From positions 8,373 to 72,372 of IMG/VR virus record IMGVR_UViG_3300027788_000010: 64,000 nt of DNA, one strand, 5' to 3'. Shown piece after piece: positions 31,876-42,400 of this stretch. How positions within the stretch are numbered: the stretch's first letter is position 1; every line of letters begins with the position of its first letter. The notes beneath the pieces were generated by a model that was given only the letters and a program-made list of their open reading frames with translations, did not search any database and was not told the origin of the DNA. The translations under genes were made by a program, and so were the position numbers. This DNA comes from a virus.

Positions 31876-32904
31876 TTAGATTTTTTTAAATTTATTTTTT
31901 TCAATCCTTGTTAGTCTTAAGAATGGTTCAGTAAAGTTTATGAAAGATTTATCAGAATTTCCAATAAAATTAAATAAACCATCATCCATCATCATCCTTA
32001 ATAGGTTTTTGTATGAACGCCCTTCTGGGTCCATATTTTCATTTATTAATTGTTTAATTTCTTTTTTTTCTTCTTCGGCCAACAGAGTATTGTCTAAATC
32101 CACTAGTAGTTTATTTCTTTTAAAGAACCAATCCCCTAATTCACCCTCTTTTGTAATACCTTTTATAATATTTTTTAACCTAAAATTCTTATCACCACCT
32201 TCAAACCTCTGTTTACAAATGTATAAAAATTCTTCAACACTAATTTCTTTATTTGTTATTTCTGGAGCTAAATTTATTAACGTTTTAATCCCCACACCTT
32301 TAACCCCAGTTATATCGTCAGAAGAATCACCACACACAATTTTAATTAATTTTATATTTTCTACAGGTATTATATGTTTTTCAAATTTAATTTTATCACC
32401 AATTTTAACTATGTCTAAATTATTTAAAAGTTTTAAACTAACACCACCACCAACTAGTTGTGTTAAGTCCCTATCGTTAGATAAAACAACAATATCTTCA
32501 CGATTATCAATATCTATTTGTTGTGAGTTAGCTTTACAGTAAAAAGCTAAACAATCATCTGCTTCATGACCTTTAAATTCACATTGTCTAATAAAAACTT
32601 CTTCTAGGTATTGTTGCAGTCTGACTTTTTGGGAAAATAGGGATTCTCTTTTTTCGTCGGTTAATCTTTTGTTGGTTCTTTTTGATTTGTAAGGCGGGTA
32701 TATTTTTCTCCTATTTGCACTATTTTTCTCACCATCCCAGGTTACCACAACCTTATTAAAGTTATGTTCTACTATTAATTTTTTTATGGTATTTAAAAAA
32801 TAGAAGACAGCACCTGGTGCGTGTTCTTTGTCTTGGAAGTTTTTTAATCCATGAAACCCTAACATTAATAATGAGTTACCGTCAACAAGAAGAGTTTTTG
32901 TCAA
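31876..32904 (-). CDS. 5'-3' exonuclease/flap endonuclease (T4 RNase H / PolI N-terminal-like)
   Basis: LLVDGNSL, VTWDG, RRKIYPPYKSKR, EADD, SNDRDLTQL, GDSSDDITGVKGVGIKT; TTG start. Confidence 0.92.
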   Translation of the reverse strand: MTKTLLVDGNSLLMLGFHGLKNFQDKEHAPGAVFYFLNTIKKLIVEHNFNKVVVTWDGEKNSANRRKIYPPYKSKRTNKRLTDEKRESLFSQKVRLQQYLEEVFIRQCEFKGHEADDCLAFYCKANSQQIDIDNREDIVVLSNDRDLTQLVGGGVSLKLLNNLDIVKIGDKIKFEKHIIPVENIKLIKIVCGDSSDDITGVKGVGIKTLINLAPEITNKEISVEEFLYICKQRFEGGDKNFRLKNIIKGITKEGELGDWFFKRNKLLVDLDNTLLAEEEKKEIKQLINENMDPEGRSYKNLLRMMMDDGLFNFIGNSDKSFINFTEPFLRLTRIEKNKFKKI

Positions 32905-32922
32905 TTTATGATGATTAAAGGG

Positions 32923-33360
32923 TTAAATACTATTTTCTATTTCTAAAAGTTCTATTTCAAAATTTAAATCTTTGCCAGCTAATGGATGATTCATATCTAA
33001 CGTAACTTTATCTGTTGTTACTTCGAGTATCCTAGCTTTAGTTGCTACTCCTTTGGTGGTTTTACCTTGGATTACTTCATCTATAACAAACCTAAATTCT
33101 TTTGGGAAGTCTTCTCTTGGTACTTTGACCACAGCCTCTGGTTTTACATTTCCATAAGCTAATGAATATTCAATATTGACCGTCTTTGTTTCACCAACAC
33201 TCATACCCCTAACAGTATTCTCAAAACTAGTAAGCATCTTACCCTCACCAATAATAAACTCTAGAGGTTTTTCTCTTTGTTTTGAATTATCAAATTCTGT
33301 CCCGTCTGTTAGTTTACCAACGTAATGAACCTTTACCTTATTTCCTATATTAATTTTCAT
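32923..33360 (-). CDS. FKBP-type peptidyl-prolyl isomerase (SlyD/SlpA-like, no His-rich tail)
   Basis: VKVHYVGKLTDGTEFDNS...PLEFIIGEG...AYG...VTLDMNHPLAGKDLNFEIELLEI, including the insert-in-flap domain. Confidence 0.92.
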   Translation of the reverse strand: MKINIGNKVKVHYVGKLTDGTEFDNSKQREKPLEFIIGEGKMLTSFENTVRGMSVGETKTVNIEYSLAYGNVKPEAVVKVPREDFPKEFRFVIDEVIQGKTTKGVATKARILEVTTDKVTLDMNHPLAGKDLNFEIELLEIENSI

Positions 33361-34354
33361 TTTGTTCTTCTTTTATATCGAATTCACCCCCAAACCCTAA
33401 TTGTTCCGACCAAAAGGATGCGTATTCTTTTTTGTATTTTTCTATTGATTTTTTTTCTTCGGAGGTTTCCTTTCCAGCTAAAAACCCATGTGGTGCTATT
33501 AATATTTTACCATCCTCATAACCTAAACCATTAACATGGTTTTTCATTATAGTTATTTTTGTTCTAGTGGCAAATTTTACTTTTCTTTTATCTTTAACAG
33601 CTGAGATGTTAGTGGTTCCAGCGTTTTTTTGATTACCGAACCTAAAGACTAACGTTGAGTTTAACCATAGTGCTTCCCCACCTTTAGCTTTAATTTTTGG
33701 TTGTCCAAAAGGGTTATCTGGTAATTCAACCCATGGTTGGTTGACCACAACTAGTGTGTTGGTGTACTTACTATCCTCTCTCCTAGATTTACCAATTCTC
33801 TGGTTAATCCCCATACCAATTTTATCAGCTAAAGTCGCTGCGTTATGCATTTTACCACCCTTACCTTCAAAGGTCATCTTACACGGTATCGAACCAACAG
33901 AGTCCCACAAAAATAATAAATCATACTCTAACTCCCCCTTTTCTTGAGCGTCTAATAGTTCGTTTATATAGTCGGTAATTTGTTCTATATACTGGAAGTC
34001 GTTATTAAATAGAAAGAACCCATCCCAATCTAACTCACCAGTCTCTTTATCTACAGTTTCCTGACAATCAAAACCCATAAGTTTAGCGTGACTAAACCCC
34101 CATTTTTGTTCGGTAATAAGAATAACCGGTAAAATCCCTTTCTTCTGAGCATCAACAGCTGTTTTAATTAAAGCTGTTGTTTTACCGGTATCCGAATGCC
34201 CTAAAAACATTTGTAGATGACCCATAGCTGGACCAGGTACTCCCGTCGCGTCAAGGAATTCTGGTCCTAGGTCGAAAAACTTATCAGCTTTGAACTTAGC
34301 TTTTTTCGAGAACTTACTTTTTATATCTGAAAAACTTTTTTTCTTTAATGCCAT
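33350..34354 (-). CDS. uvsX: RecA/UvsX-like recombinase
   Basis: Walker A GHSDTGKTT, LFLWDSVGS, VVVNQ, KGGEA, KNHVNG; adjacent to the SSB gene. Confidence 0.85.
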   Translation of the reverse strand: MALKKKSFSDIKSKFSKKAKFKADKFFDLGPEFLDATGVPGPAMGHLQMFLGHSDTGKTTALIKTAVDAQKKGILPVILITEQKWGFSHAKLMGFDCQETVDKETGELDWDGFFLFNNDFQYIEQITDYINELLDAQEKGELEYDLLFLWDSVGSIPCKMTFEGKGGKMHNAATLADKIGMGINQRIGKSRREDSKYTNTLVVVNQPWVELPDNPFGQPKIKAKGGEALWLNSTLVFRFGNQKNAGTTNISAVKDKRKVKFATRTKITIMKNHVNGLGYEDGKILIAPHGFLAGKETSEEKKSIEKYKKEYASFWSEQLGFGGEFDIKEEQNEN

Positions 34355-34365
34355 CGGTATAATTT

Positions 34366-35238
34366 TTAAAATGGTAAATCTTCGTCCGCTTTCTGGTTTG
34401 TTTGTGGGTCCACAAAGCTTTTGGTATTGTTTCCTCCCATATCTATTGTACTATTTTTTTTCATAGTAGGGTCGTCGTAAGTATATTTTTTTAACTCATT
34501 ATCCCAAACTGGTTCAGCTCCTTTGGCTATAGCTTCTAGGTATTCAACTGGTTTTTGTGAGTATACATCTTTCCAAGTTTTCTCGTTAGATGTCCACTCT
34601 TCCGATTCTGAGTTATTATCCGATAGTTTACCCGGGTCTTCATACATCACAGAAGATACTGTTGTATATTCCCCTCTCCCACCTGGTAATGGTACTGCTT
34701 GTAAAATAAGGATTAAATCTCTACCTTCATTAACATCAGTAACATCCCCTTTATTTCTCCAAATAGGGATAATTTTATCAATTGGTCCATCACCTTTCCA
34801 ATTATGTTTAAATCTCCAAAATTTAACCCCATCCTCTTCTTTATCTCTATCAATTACTTTTACTATATAAAACTTTTGTGAACGATATTGTCTTGCTAAT
34901 TCTTTTGATTGTTCATCACCAGCTAATTTAAGTGCTTCTTCTACTTCATTTAACGGACTTCTATCTCCGGTTGGTTTACCTGTAGAGTCTTTACCTGGGT
35001 CATAAATTTTCATCCACCTACCTTGCACTTGTGTGTTGTGAAAAAACACTTCTTTAAATGGGGAACTGCCGTCTGTTGTCGGTAGTATTCTGATTCTTTT
35101 TTCACCTTGTTTGGTACCTTTAGGTAATGCAATAGTGAAATATTGTTTTAGTCTATCTTCGTCCGACATTCTTGGTTTTGAAGATGATTCTTGTTTGTTT
35201 TTTTCGTATTGGGCTAATACGGCGTCTAGTGAACTCAT
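34366..35238 (-). CDS. Single-stranded DNA-binding protein (T4 gp32-like)
   Basis: RIRILP...PFKEVFFH, YIVKVIDRDKEEDGVKFW, DVTDVNEGRDL and acidic C-terminal tail DEDLPF. Confidence 0.85.
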   Translation of the reverse strand: MSSLDAVLAQYEKNKQESSSKPRMSDEDRLKQYFTIALPKGTKQGEKRIRILPTTDGSSPFKEVFFHNTQVQGRWMKIYDPGKDSTGKPTGDRSPLNEVEEALKLAGDEQSKELARQYRSQKFYIVKVIDRDKEEDGVKFWRFKHNWKGDGPIDKIIPIWRNKGDVTDVNEGRDLILILQAVPLPGGRGEYTTVSSVMYEDPGKLSDNNSESEEWTSNEKTWKDVYSQKPVEYLEAIAKGAEPVWDNELKKYTYDDPTMKKNSTIDMGGNNTKSFVDPQTNQKADEDLPF

Positions 35239-35275
35239 AGTAATTTAATTTTTATTTAGTTTTTATTTTCATTTA

Positions 35276-35304
35276 AATATAAGGAACTTATTTCGTCTTG
35301 TCAA
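35276..35304 (-). promoter_or_regulatory. Host-RNAP-type promoter for the replication block
   Basis: Minus strand TTGACA-N17-TATATT(TA) upstream of the SSB start and just downstream of a terminator. Confidence 0.65.
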
Positions 35305-35328
35305 TTAAGAAGTGATAATTTTTAACAT

Positions 35329-35353
35329 AAAAAAAAGCCCTTAGTAGGGCTTT
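35329..35353 (-). terminator. Rho-independent terminator
   Basis: Minus strand AAAGCCC-TACTAA-GGGCTTT with an 8-T run, just after the stop of 35380..36111. Confidence 0.85.
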
Positions 35354-35379
35354 AAATTTACTAAATATTTTACTTTTTA

Positions 35380-36111
35380 TCAAATATCAAAACTATTTTT
35401 TATGTCACCATCGGAGTAGTTTTGTACATCACTAGCTTTTAACACGTAACTATCTTTACCCTGTTCTTTAAACTTATCTTGACTATCATCCCAATAATCA
35501 CTTAGTGTTTGGTTGTATGGCCCGGAATCTTGTTTTCTTAACGACATCTTTTCCTCTTCTGTTTTTGGTCTATTTTTTTCTATTTTTTTTTCTAGATTGT
35601 TAATTTGTTTCATTAAAGTATCCATACCACTTAATTTATCTTCCATAGTACCTAACATACTCATTAAGGAATCTAATTTTTCATTACTACTATTAACCAC
35701 ATCAACAGTTTCACCTTGTTTACTTACTAATTCTGTAACGTCTAATTCGGTGGTGTCCGTATCTGTAGTTTCTGTATCTGTAGTTTCTGTATCTGTAGTT
35801 TCTGTATCTGTAGTTTCTGTATCTGTAGTTTCTGTATCACTAGAATCACCATCCACATCTACCGGTGGTTCTGGCATTTCTGGAAATTCGCTATCTGTGG
35901 TGTCTGTAGTTTCAACATCAACATCTTCTTGTTCAGACATTTCTTGTTGTCTTATTTTGTATTTTTCTAGTCTTTCTGAAGACCCTAAATTATCTACAAA
36001 CCCAGAACCACCACCTAAACCACCCACCTGTTCCTCTAAATGTATAGAGTTGTATGATATCTGGTTAAATCTGTTTAGTTCTTCGGTTAATTTGTTTTTT
36101 AGATTATCCAT
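35380..36111 (-). CDS. Acidic coiled-coil protein, possible prohead core/internal protein
   Basis: 243 aa; leader LKNKLTEELNRF, acidic TETTD repeat linker, heptad-like C-terminal region. Confidence 0.55.
   Translation of the reverse strand: MDNLKNKLTEELNRFNQISYNSIHLEEQVGGLGGGSGFVDNLGSSERLEKYKIRQQEMSEQEDVDVETTDTTDSEFPEMPEPPVDVDGDSSDTETTDTETTDTETTDTETTDTETTDTDTTELDVTELVSKQGETVDVVNSSNEKLDSLMSMLGTMEDKLSGMDTLMKQINNLEKKIEKNRPKTEEEKMSLRKQDSGPYNQTLSDYWDDSQDKFKEQGKDSYVLKASDVQNYSDGDIKNSFDI
35759..35838. repeat. 15-bp perfect tandem repeat x5 (ATCTGTAGTTTCTGT) encoding (TETTD)5
   Basis: Five identical units at 35761-35835 plus partial flanks. Confidence 0.95.
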
Positions 36112-36349
36112 TTAGTAATTGTTTGACGTCTCCGTTTGGTGACTCTACTTGTACCTTTTTATTAAGCATTACCCCATTTTCATTTCTTTCTATTAAACCA
36201 TCTCTAGTCCTCACAGTATAACACACCCCAGTATCTAAATCACACACTTCTTTACTTGTGTTGTCCATAGTACTAGATTTTTCAACAACATTAGCTGTAT
36301 TTTTACCTATAAACTTACTTAATTTGTTTTTTAAATCTTCTGATATCAT
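36104..36349 (-). CDS. Small hypothetical protein
   Basis: 81 aa; EVCDLDTGVCYTV motif; preceded by TATTTAT; overlaps the next gene. Confidence 0.7.
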   Translation of the reverse strand: MISEDLKNKLSKFIGKNTANVVEKSSTMDNTSKEVCDLDTGVCYTVRTRDGLIERNENGVMLNKKVQVESPNGDVKQLLNG

Positions 36350-36401
36350 AATTTCTTTTATTAATAAATATTAATTAATTTATTTAAATTCTTTTTTACT
36401 G

Positions 36402-39400
36402 TTAACCAATTTCAGTTATGTAATCACTATCGAATTTATCTGGGTTTAAATACTCCATTTTTTCCGATAAATTTTCATCTATAACATACCTCCGTATCTC
36501 ATAATGTAAGTGAGTACCACTAGAATTTCCAGTGTTACCCATATTACCCAAAAACTGTCCTTTTGTTATAGCCGTACCAACGTTATTCGCTATAAACGAT
36601 TTATCTTTAAAATGAGCTAAAACAAATTCGTATTTAGATACAGCGTCTTTAACCCAAGAAGAAGTGTCTGTTTGTTTTATTAATGTTCTTGTTATGTAAA
36701 CGTGATTACCATACCCACCACCACAAGCTTTTCCAGTACCAACTTTACAACCACCATATTTCTTACTTAAAATCCCAGTTACTGGTGAGGTTATTGCTAT
36801 TTCTTCACCTTTAAATTCTTGTTTAGGTGAGTAATCAACCCCCTTATGTAACCTACCTTTTCGTTTCGCTTCAAATATTTGTGCTCCACTTGGTTTTACG
36901 ATTTTACTTAGGTTCACTGGGTCTTTTACTTCAATACCCAATATATTAATTTTTATGATGTCTTCTTCATCGTTTAGTTGTGTTATCGAATTACCGACTA
37001 AATCAAAAGAATCTAGACCATCAGTAACGTTACCAACATCCTCAGTTTCACTTTCTTTTAGATTTTTAAGTAAAGTTTCTTGTATCCCAGATAATAGGTC
37101 AGTAACTTTAGGTAATGATGGTATCCCCACCCGAACACCGGTAAATGTTGTGGTCATTTCACCATTTGATATTGAGTGGTTGACATCCATAATCAAATAA
37201 GGACCACTAAACATAGGTATATATCTTAGTTGAAAGTACGTTGTTGGTTGTATTAGAGCGTTACCAAAACATGTAACCTTACATTGGTATGACCTGGATT
37301 TATATAAGTTAAATAGGTTAAGTGAGTTTGTCGCTACTTTTGAACCACTAGCTAGTTTACCCATGTCTTCTATTATTATAAAAGATTCACTAGTGTTTGG
37401 GAACTCTGTTTGGTCTAGCGATATATCTTGGAATATTTGTTGGTTTGGTATACCGAAGTCCACAGCAAATGCCATTACTTTATTTTCTAAATTTAAACTT
37501 TCGGGGTCGGTAGGTGGTTTATTATTTATTAATGGGTTTGGACTAACTCTATCTAGAATAAAAGAATCATTATTGAAACCGTACGTTGGGGTTTTTATAT
37601 CTAGGTTTGTTGATGGTGGCCCAACATATTGACATAAGTATACTGGTGAAGAGTCGGTTGTGTCTACCTCTTTAAACGCACCAAACATAGCATTACCCTG
37701 TTTTGCGGTTTCATTACCTTCGATATTATAAAAATTAATGTATGAAGGTAGTGGTATCCAGTTAAAGAAATTTGTCCGACACATATTACTCATAAATGCA
37801 CTTATGTTCTGGTTAACCGAAACAGAGCCTGGTGACTCTGAAGCTAGTGCCAAACCTTTAAACACATAAATATCACCAACAGCCTCGTTACCAATATCCA
37901 TATTTCTCCTATCTAAAAACAAAAACCTTTCAAATATTGTGTTGTAGTACGGTACCCCACCATTAGATGTTGAGGTTGGTTTTTTTAAATCCGACCCTTG
38001 TACTTCTGTACCAGCAATCCATTTATCGTTAAATGTTTTAAATGATTGATATAATTCTAATTTTAGATTATCTCCATCAATTTTTGGTCTTTCTGGGTCC
38101 TCATCAACCTCACCCCTTAATTTACCTAACGGGTCTATTTTCGAAACCTCCTTTAAAAAATTATTTATATAAACATTTCTTTCAACATCAAAATTAGTGT
38201 CCTGTAAATTTTTTAAAATAACCACAAAATCTTGCTTACTAGTGGGGGTTACTAAATTAGCACAAGTTGTAACATAATATTTAAGTATTTGAGCAAAAGA
38301 AAATACTGTGATAGGTGATATGTCAAAATTCACAAAAAACTGAAAACATAGGTTACACACATTCTGGAATTGTGTTGGTGTCCCAAATTCTTCTTTAGTC
38401 ATAACCACTTCCCCAATCTCCATTTGGAATTGAACGTCTAGATACCCTACAGGCCAATCTGTCGCAATATACTTAGGTAAGTTGTATGATTCTTTAATTT
38501 TTCCTTTATCTAATAAAAGACCAATTAATTGATTTGTTGGTGTTCCACCACCTTGACCATCTAACCTTGTTATTATGTCAAACCCATTTACCGAACCATG
38601 TTTATATATAATCGTCTGATTTAAAAAAACGTCATTAATATTTAAAAATTGTGATAATTGTGCGTTTGCTATGTCCTGTGTGGTGTGTGTTATGTTACCG
38701 GTAATCTCAGTAACGTATTCTTTTGGTACCACCATTATTTTCTTAAATATTTCTATAAATGAAGTATACTGCCCATCTACGATACTAGCGTTAGGGTTTT
38801 TTGTTGTTGAAAACTTTATAAATTCGTCTTCAAACTTTTCTAGGACTTGGGTTGGGAAAATAGATAGTAACTCATTAAAACTTTCATAATTACTAGATGT
38901 TGTTGTTGTTAAATTAATGCTCCAAGCGTCTTGCTCTACTTTAGCGTTATTTACCCTTTTAAAGTAATTACTCCAAGGAACCCTACCATATATAGCTCCA
39001 TAATTGGTTCCTGATTTAACATCAAAAGAACCAAATCCAGCACCCGCCCATAAAAATCTCGCACTACCATCAAAAGCTGCTGTTGTTATATTATCACCTA
39101 TATATTCTAAATCAGAATTAACTAGACCACCACTTGACGGGTACAGTATGTAGTATGGGTTTGTTGCGGGGTCTAATTCTTGTACACCAAACCCAGATGG
39201 TATGTTATTCGAATCTGCGTATGTCGTATAAAAACTATACTCCACTCCGTCAACCTCAACTTTTGGTATTTCTTCTTTTACAATCTCCATTATGTATCCA
39301 CCTAGGAAATTTGTTTGTAAATCCTGTACTGGTACCCACGTACCGACTGTAGGTAATATATTACTACCTGTTATAATGTTATGGGTCATAGATATTAATC

Positions 39401-42400
39401 TAGGCCATAACCCTAATGTCTGTTGGTTTATATCTAGACCTGGTAGCACATTACCGTTATCTGAATAGTCAAACCAACCATAACCATTTGAATATGCTGG
39501 GTCAACATACCATTCGTTACATCTAATATCACCATCATTACCCATAGTACCACCATCACCAGAACCTAACCCACCAAAAACAGAAAATTCTTCTGGTGTT
39601 TCATTTTTATAATTCCACCACAAAGAACCAATTTTCAAAATAAAACTATATGGTAATTCGTGATATGAAGCCAGTTGTTTGATTAATTGTGCTACATACC
39701 CACCATATTGGTGTTTACCACTAAAACCAATTATAGTTTTTTCTAGTGTACTTGTTATTGGTAAAGAGTTTAAGTAGAGATATGCGGCGTCACTATAAGC
39801 ACCGGTTGTATTACCAGCGTTTACGTTTTGCCCACCTCTATAAATTGCATTTGCAAACCAAGGTGTGTTAAGCATAGAAACTGACTGCCTAGATAAAGAC
39901 TCTGATAGGTTGTTAATACCTTCTGTTAATGACTGATTTAAAATGTCTTGTTTTGTATCGTAGTAGGCGGACCAATTATCCTTAGTTGTGAAAGATTTTA
40001 CAACAGATAATTCATTTATAACCTGATTATATAAATCAATATTTTCAATTTCAGACTTCCAATTCCAATTTGTAAAAAAATAATTATGGTTTGTCGTCCC
40101 ATAGACTCTTGAAGCTGACGGGATGGTTAACTTATCTATATCGTAAAATTTTTGTCCTGTTATTGTTATTGAATCGGCTAATTTTACTTTTAGTTGGTTT
40201 ATGTTTCTGAAATTAAATGGGTAAAAGTCAAAGTCCCCATCTTCGGTTTTTTTACCCTTCCTATATAAATCAACATATTTTAGGTATTCACCATTATCCA
40301 CATTTGTGTTAAATATTGTTGATGTGGCGTATAGTCCGTAATTAGTCCCAGGAATACTAGTGTTTTGTAAATTTTTATTTCTAATATACAATGTGTTTAT
40401 TACATTATTTTCCCAATTTTCATATCGTTCTGGTGAATCTTTTTTTAACTCTCTAAATAGGGAATCCCATTTTAAATTATTACCACTAAAAAATTCTGAC
40501 ATTTTAAAATCAGATTCTAATATTTTAGTTAAATTTTTACTATCGTTCTTAGAGGCCTCTAAAACCGTATCAGTCATACTTTTTTCACCACTAGCTAAAG
40601 ATTTATACCCAGAAACACCAACATAATTCACAAAATCTTCTGCCCTATCTACAATCTCCCATAGTATATCATTTTTTGTTTTGTTATTGTCATAAACTTT
40701 ATCGTTAAATGGGTACTCCCTTACGGAGATTGGTATCGACCCTAGGTATGTTGCTTCGTTAATTGTTGGGAAAACTTTATCAGCCTCTTTAAAGTTAGCT
40801 ACTTTAGTATATTCCTCAATAAATTGAATCTCAGGCCAAAGTAGTGGGTTATAAGCTTCGGTTTTTGATAGGCTACCGGAAGCTCCTGGATATGTCAATA
40901 CTAATTCACCTGTTTCATCGTTAGATTCATAATATTGTGGCCAAGGAAAACATTGGTTCTCAAACCTACTGGGTGTGTCTTGGAATCCGGCTTTAGTTGG
41001 TCCGGTGACCGACTCTATTCTTTTTTCACTAAATCTCTGGTCAAAAGCTTTTGTATGAACATTATCCATCAATCTTAGATATGTATCTACACCTGAAATT
41101 AAAACCGCTGATAGGTTTCTCATCGACGGGTAGAACTCTAAAACCTCAATAAATGTTTTGTTTAGTTTTTCAGTTACACTAGTCTGTATGTCTTTAAAAT
41201 TTTTATCAAATTCCTCGAAAACTCTAGTGTACGTCCCACCAAAACTTTTTGGTGTTACATCCAACACGTAGTACCCTTTTGCTGGTATCTGGTCTAAATT
41301 ATTGGCCTGATTATTTTTAGCTCTTTGGTTATATACCGTGAAATTGTCTATCGATGTGATAGCCCCTTTACCCCCTAACTTACCAAATGTTCTATTCTCA
41401 TTTAACACTTTTTTATACCCCTCCAAAAGGTATTCTAATTTAGATTCAGCGTTTTTTATGTATTCATCATCTACAGCTTTTAATTTCATAGCTACAGCTT
41501 TCTTTGATTTTTCGTTAATATTTTGATTGTTAGATGATATGGTAATATCCAAAGGTATATATTCACTTTCATCTTTCGTTATAAAAGTAGAAACCCAACC
41601 ATCTTGACCGAATATACTATTGTATAAATCTTTTAATTTACCACTATATAATTTTTGGTCATTTGTGAATTGTAAATCAACTTTATTTAATTTCTCACCC
41701 AACCTATCGGTAAACTTATCAACTTTTTCAATTAGTTCATTAATTGTTAGGTGTGGAAAATCTTGTGGTATTAATTTTTTTAATTTATATATATTATAAA
41801 CCTCATTTAAAGTTTTTCTACCTAAACTTTCACCCAATTCACCATCGACCCCGGAGGATAAGTTAGGGTACATATATGGAGCAAGCATAGCTTGTTGTAC
41901 GTTAATATCATTTAATAAAGCTATATGGTTACCTATAAAAGTACCCCTCATTTTAAAATCACCAGTACTACTGTCAAAAGAGGTTGTGAAGTTAGTTAAC
42001 GCTAATTGATACTTTACAGCCTTCCCATAGTACCCTTTAATTGTTAACTCGAATACTGGGTATGGTAAATGAAAAAAAGCTGTATATGGTGTGTTTGCTT
42101 CTGCTTGTTCGAATAAGGTCTTACCCCTAATATCGACAAAATCTATATTTACTTCTGGAACAAAAGAAGATGATATATTTATCTCTATACTTCTAATACC
42201 AAAACCCTGAAAATCATTTCTACTATCTATAGATTTAGATGTGAAAGTTTGACCTTTATCACTAACATCTTGTTTTCTTTTAATTTTATTTACATTTGTA
42301 TCTGTAAAAGCTTCCGTCCAATCACTATCTAACGAACTTTTATTTTGTGGTTTTAAAAAATTAATTTCACCATCATGTAATGAGACGGTAACAGATGCGT

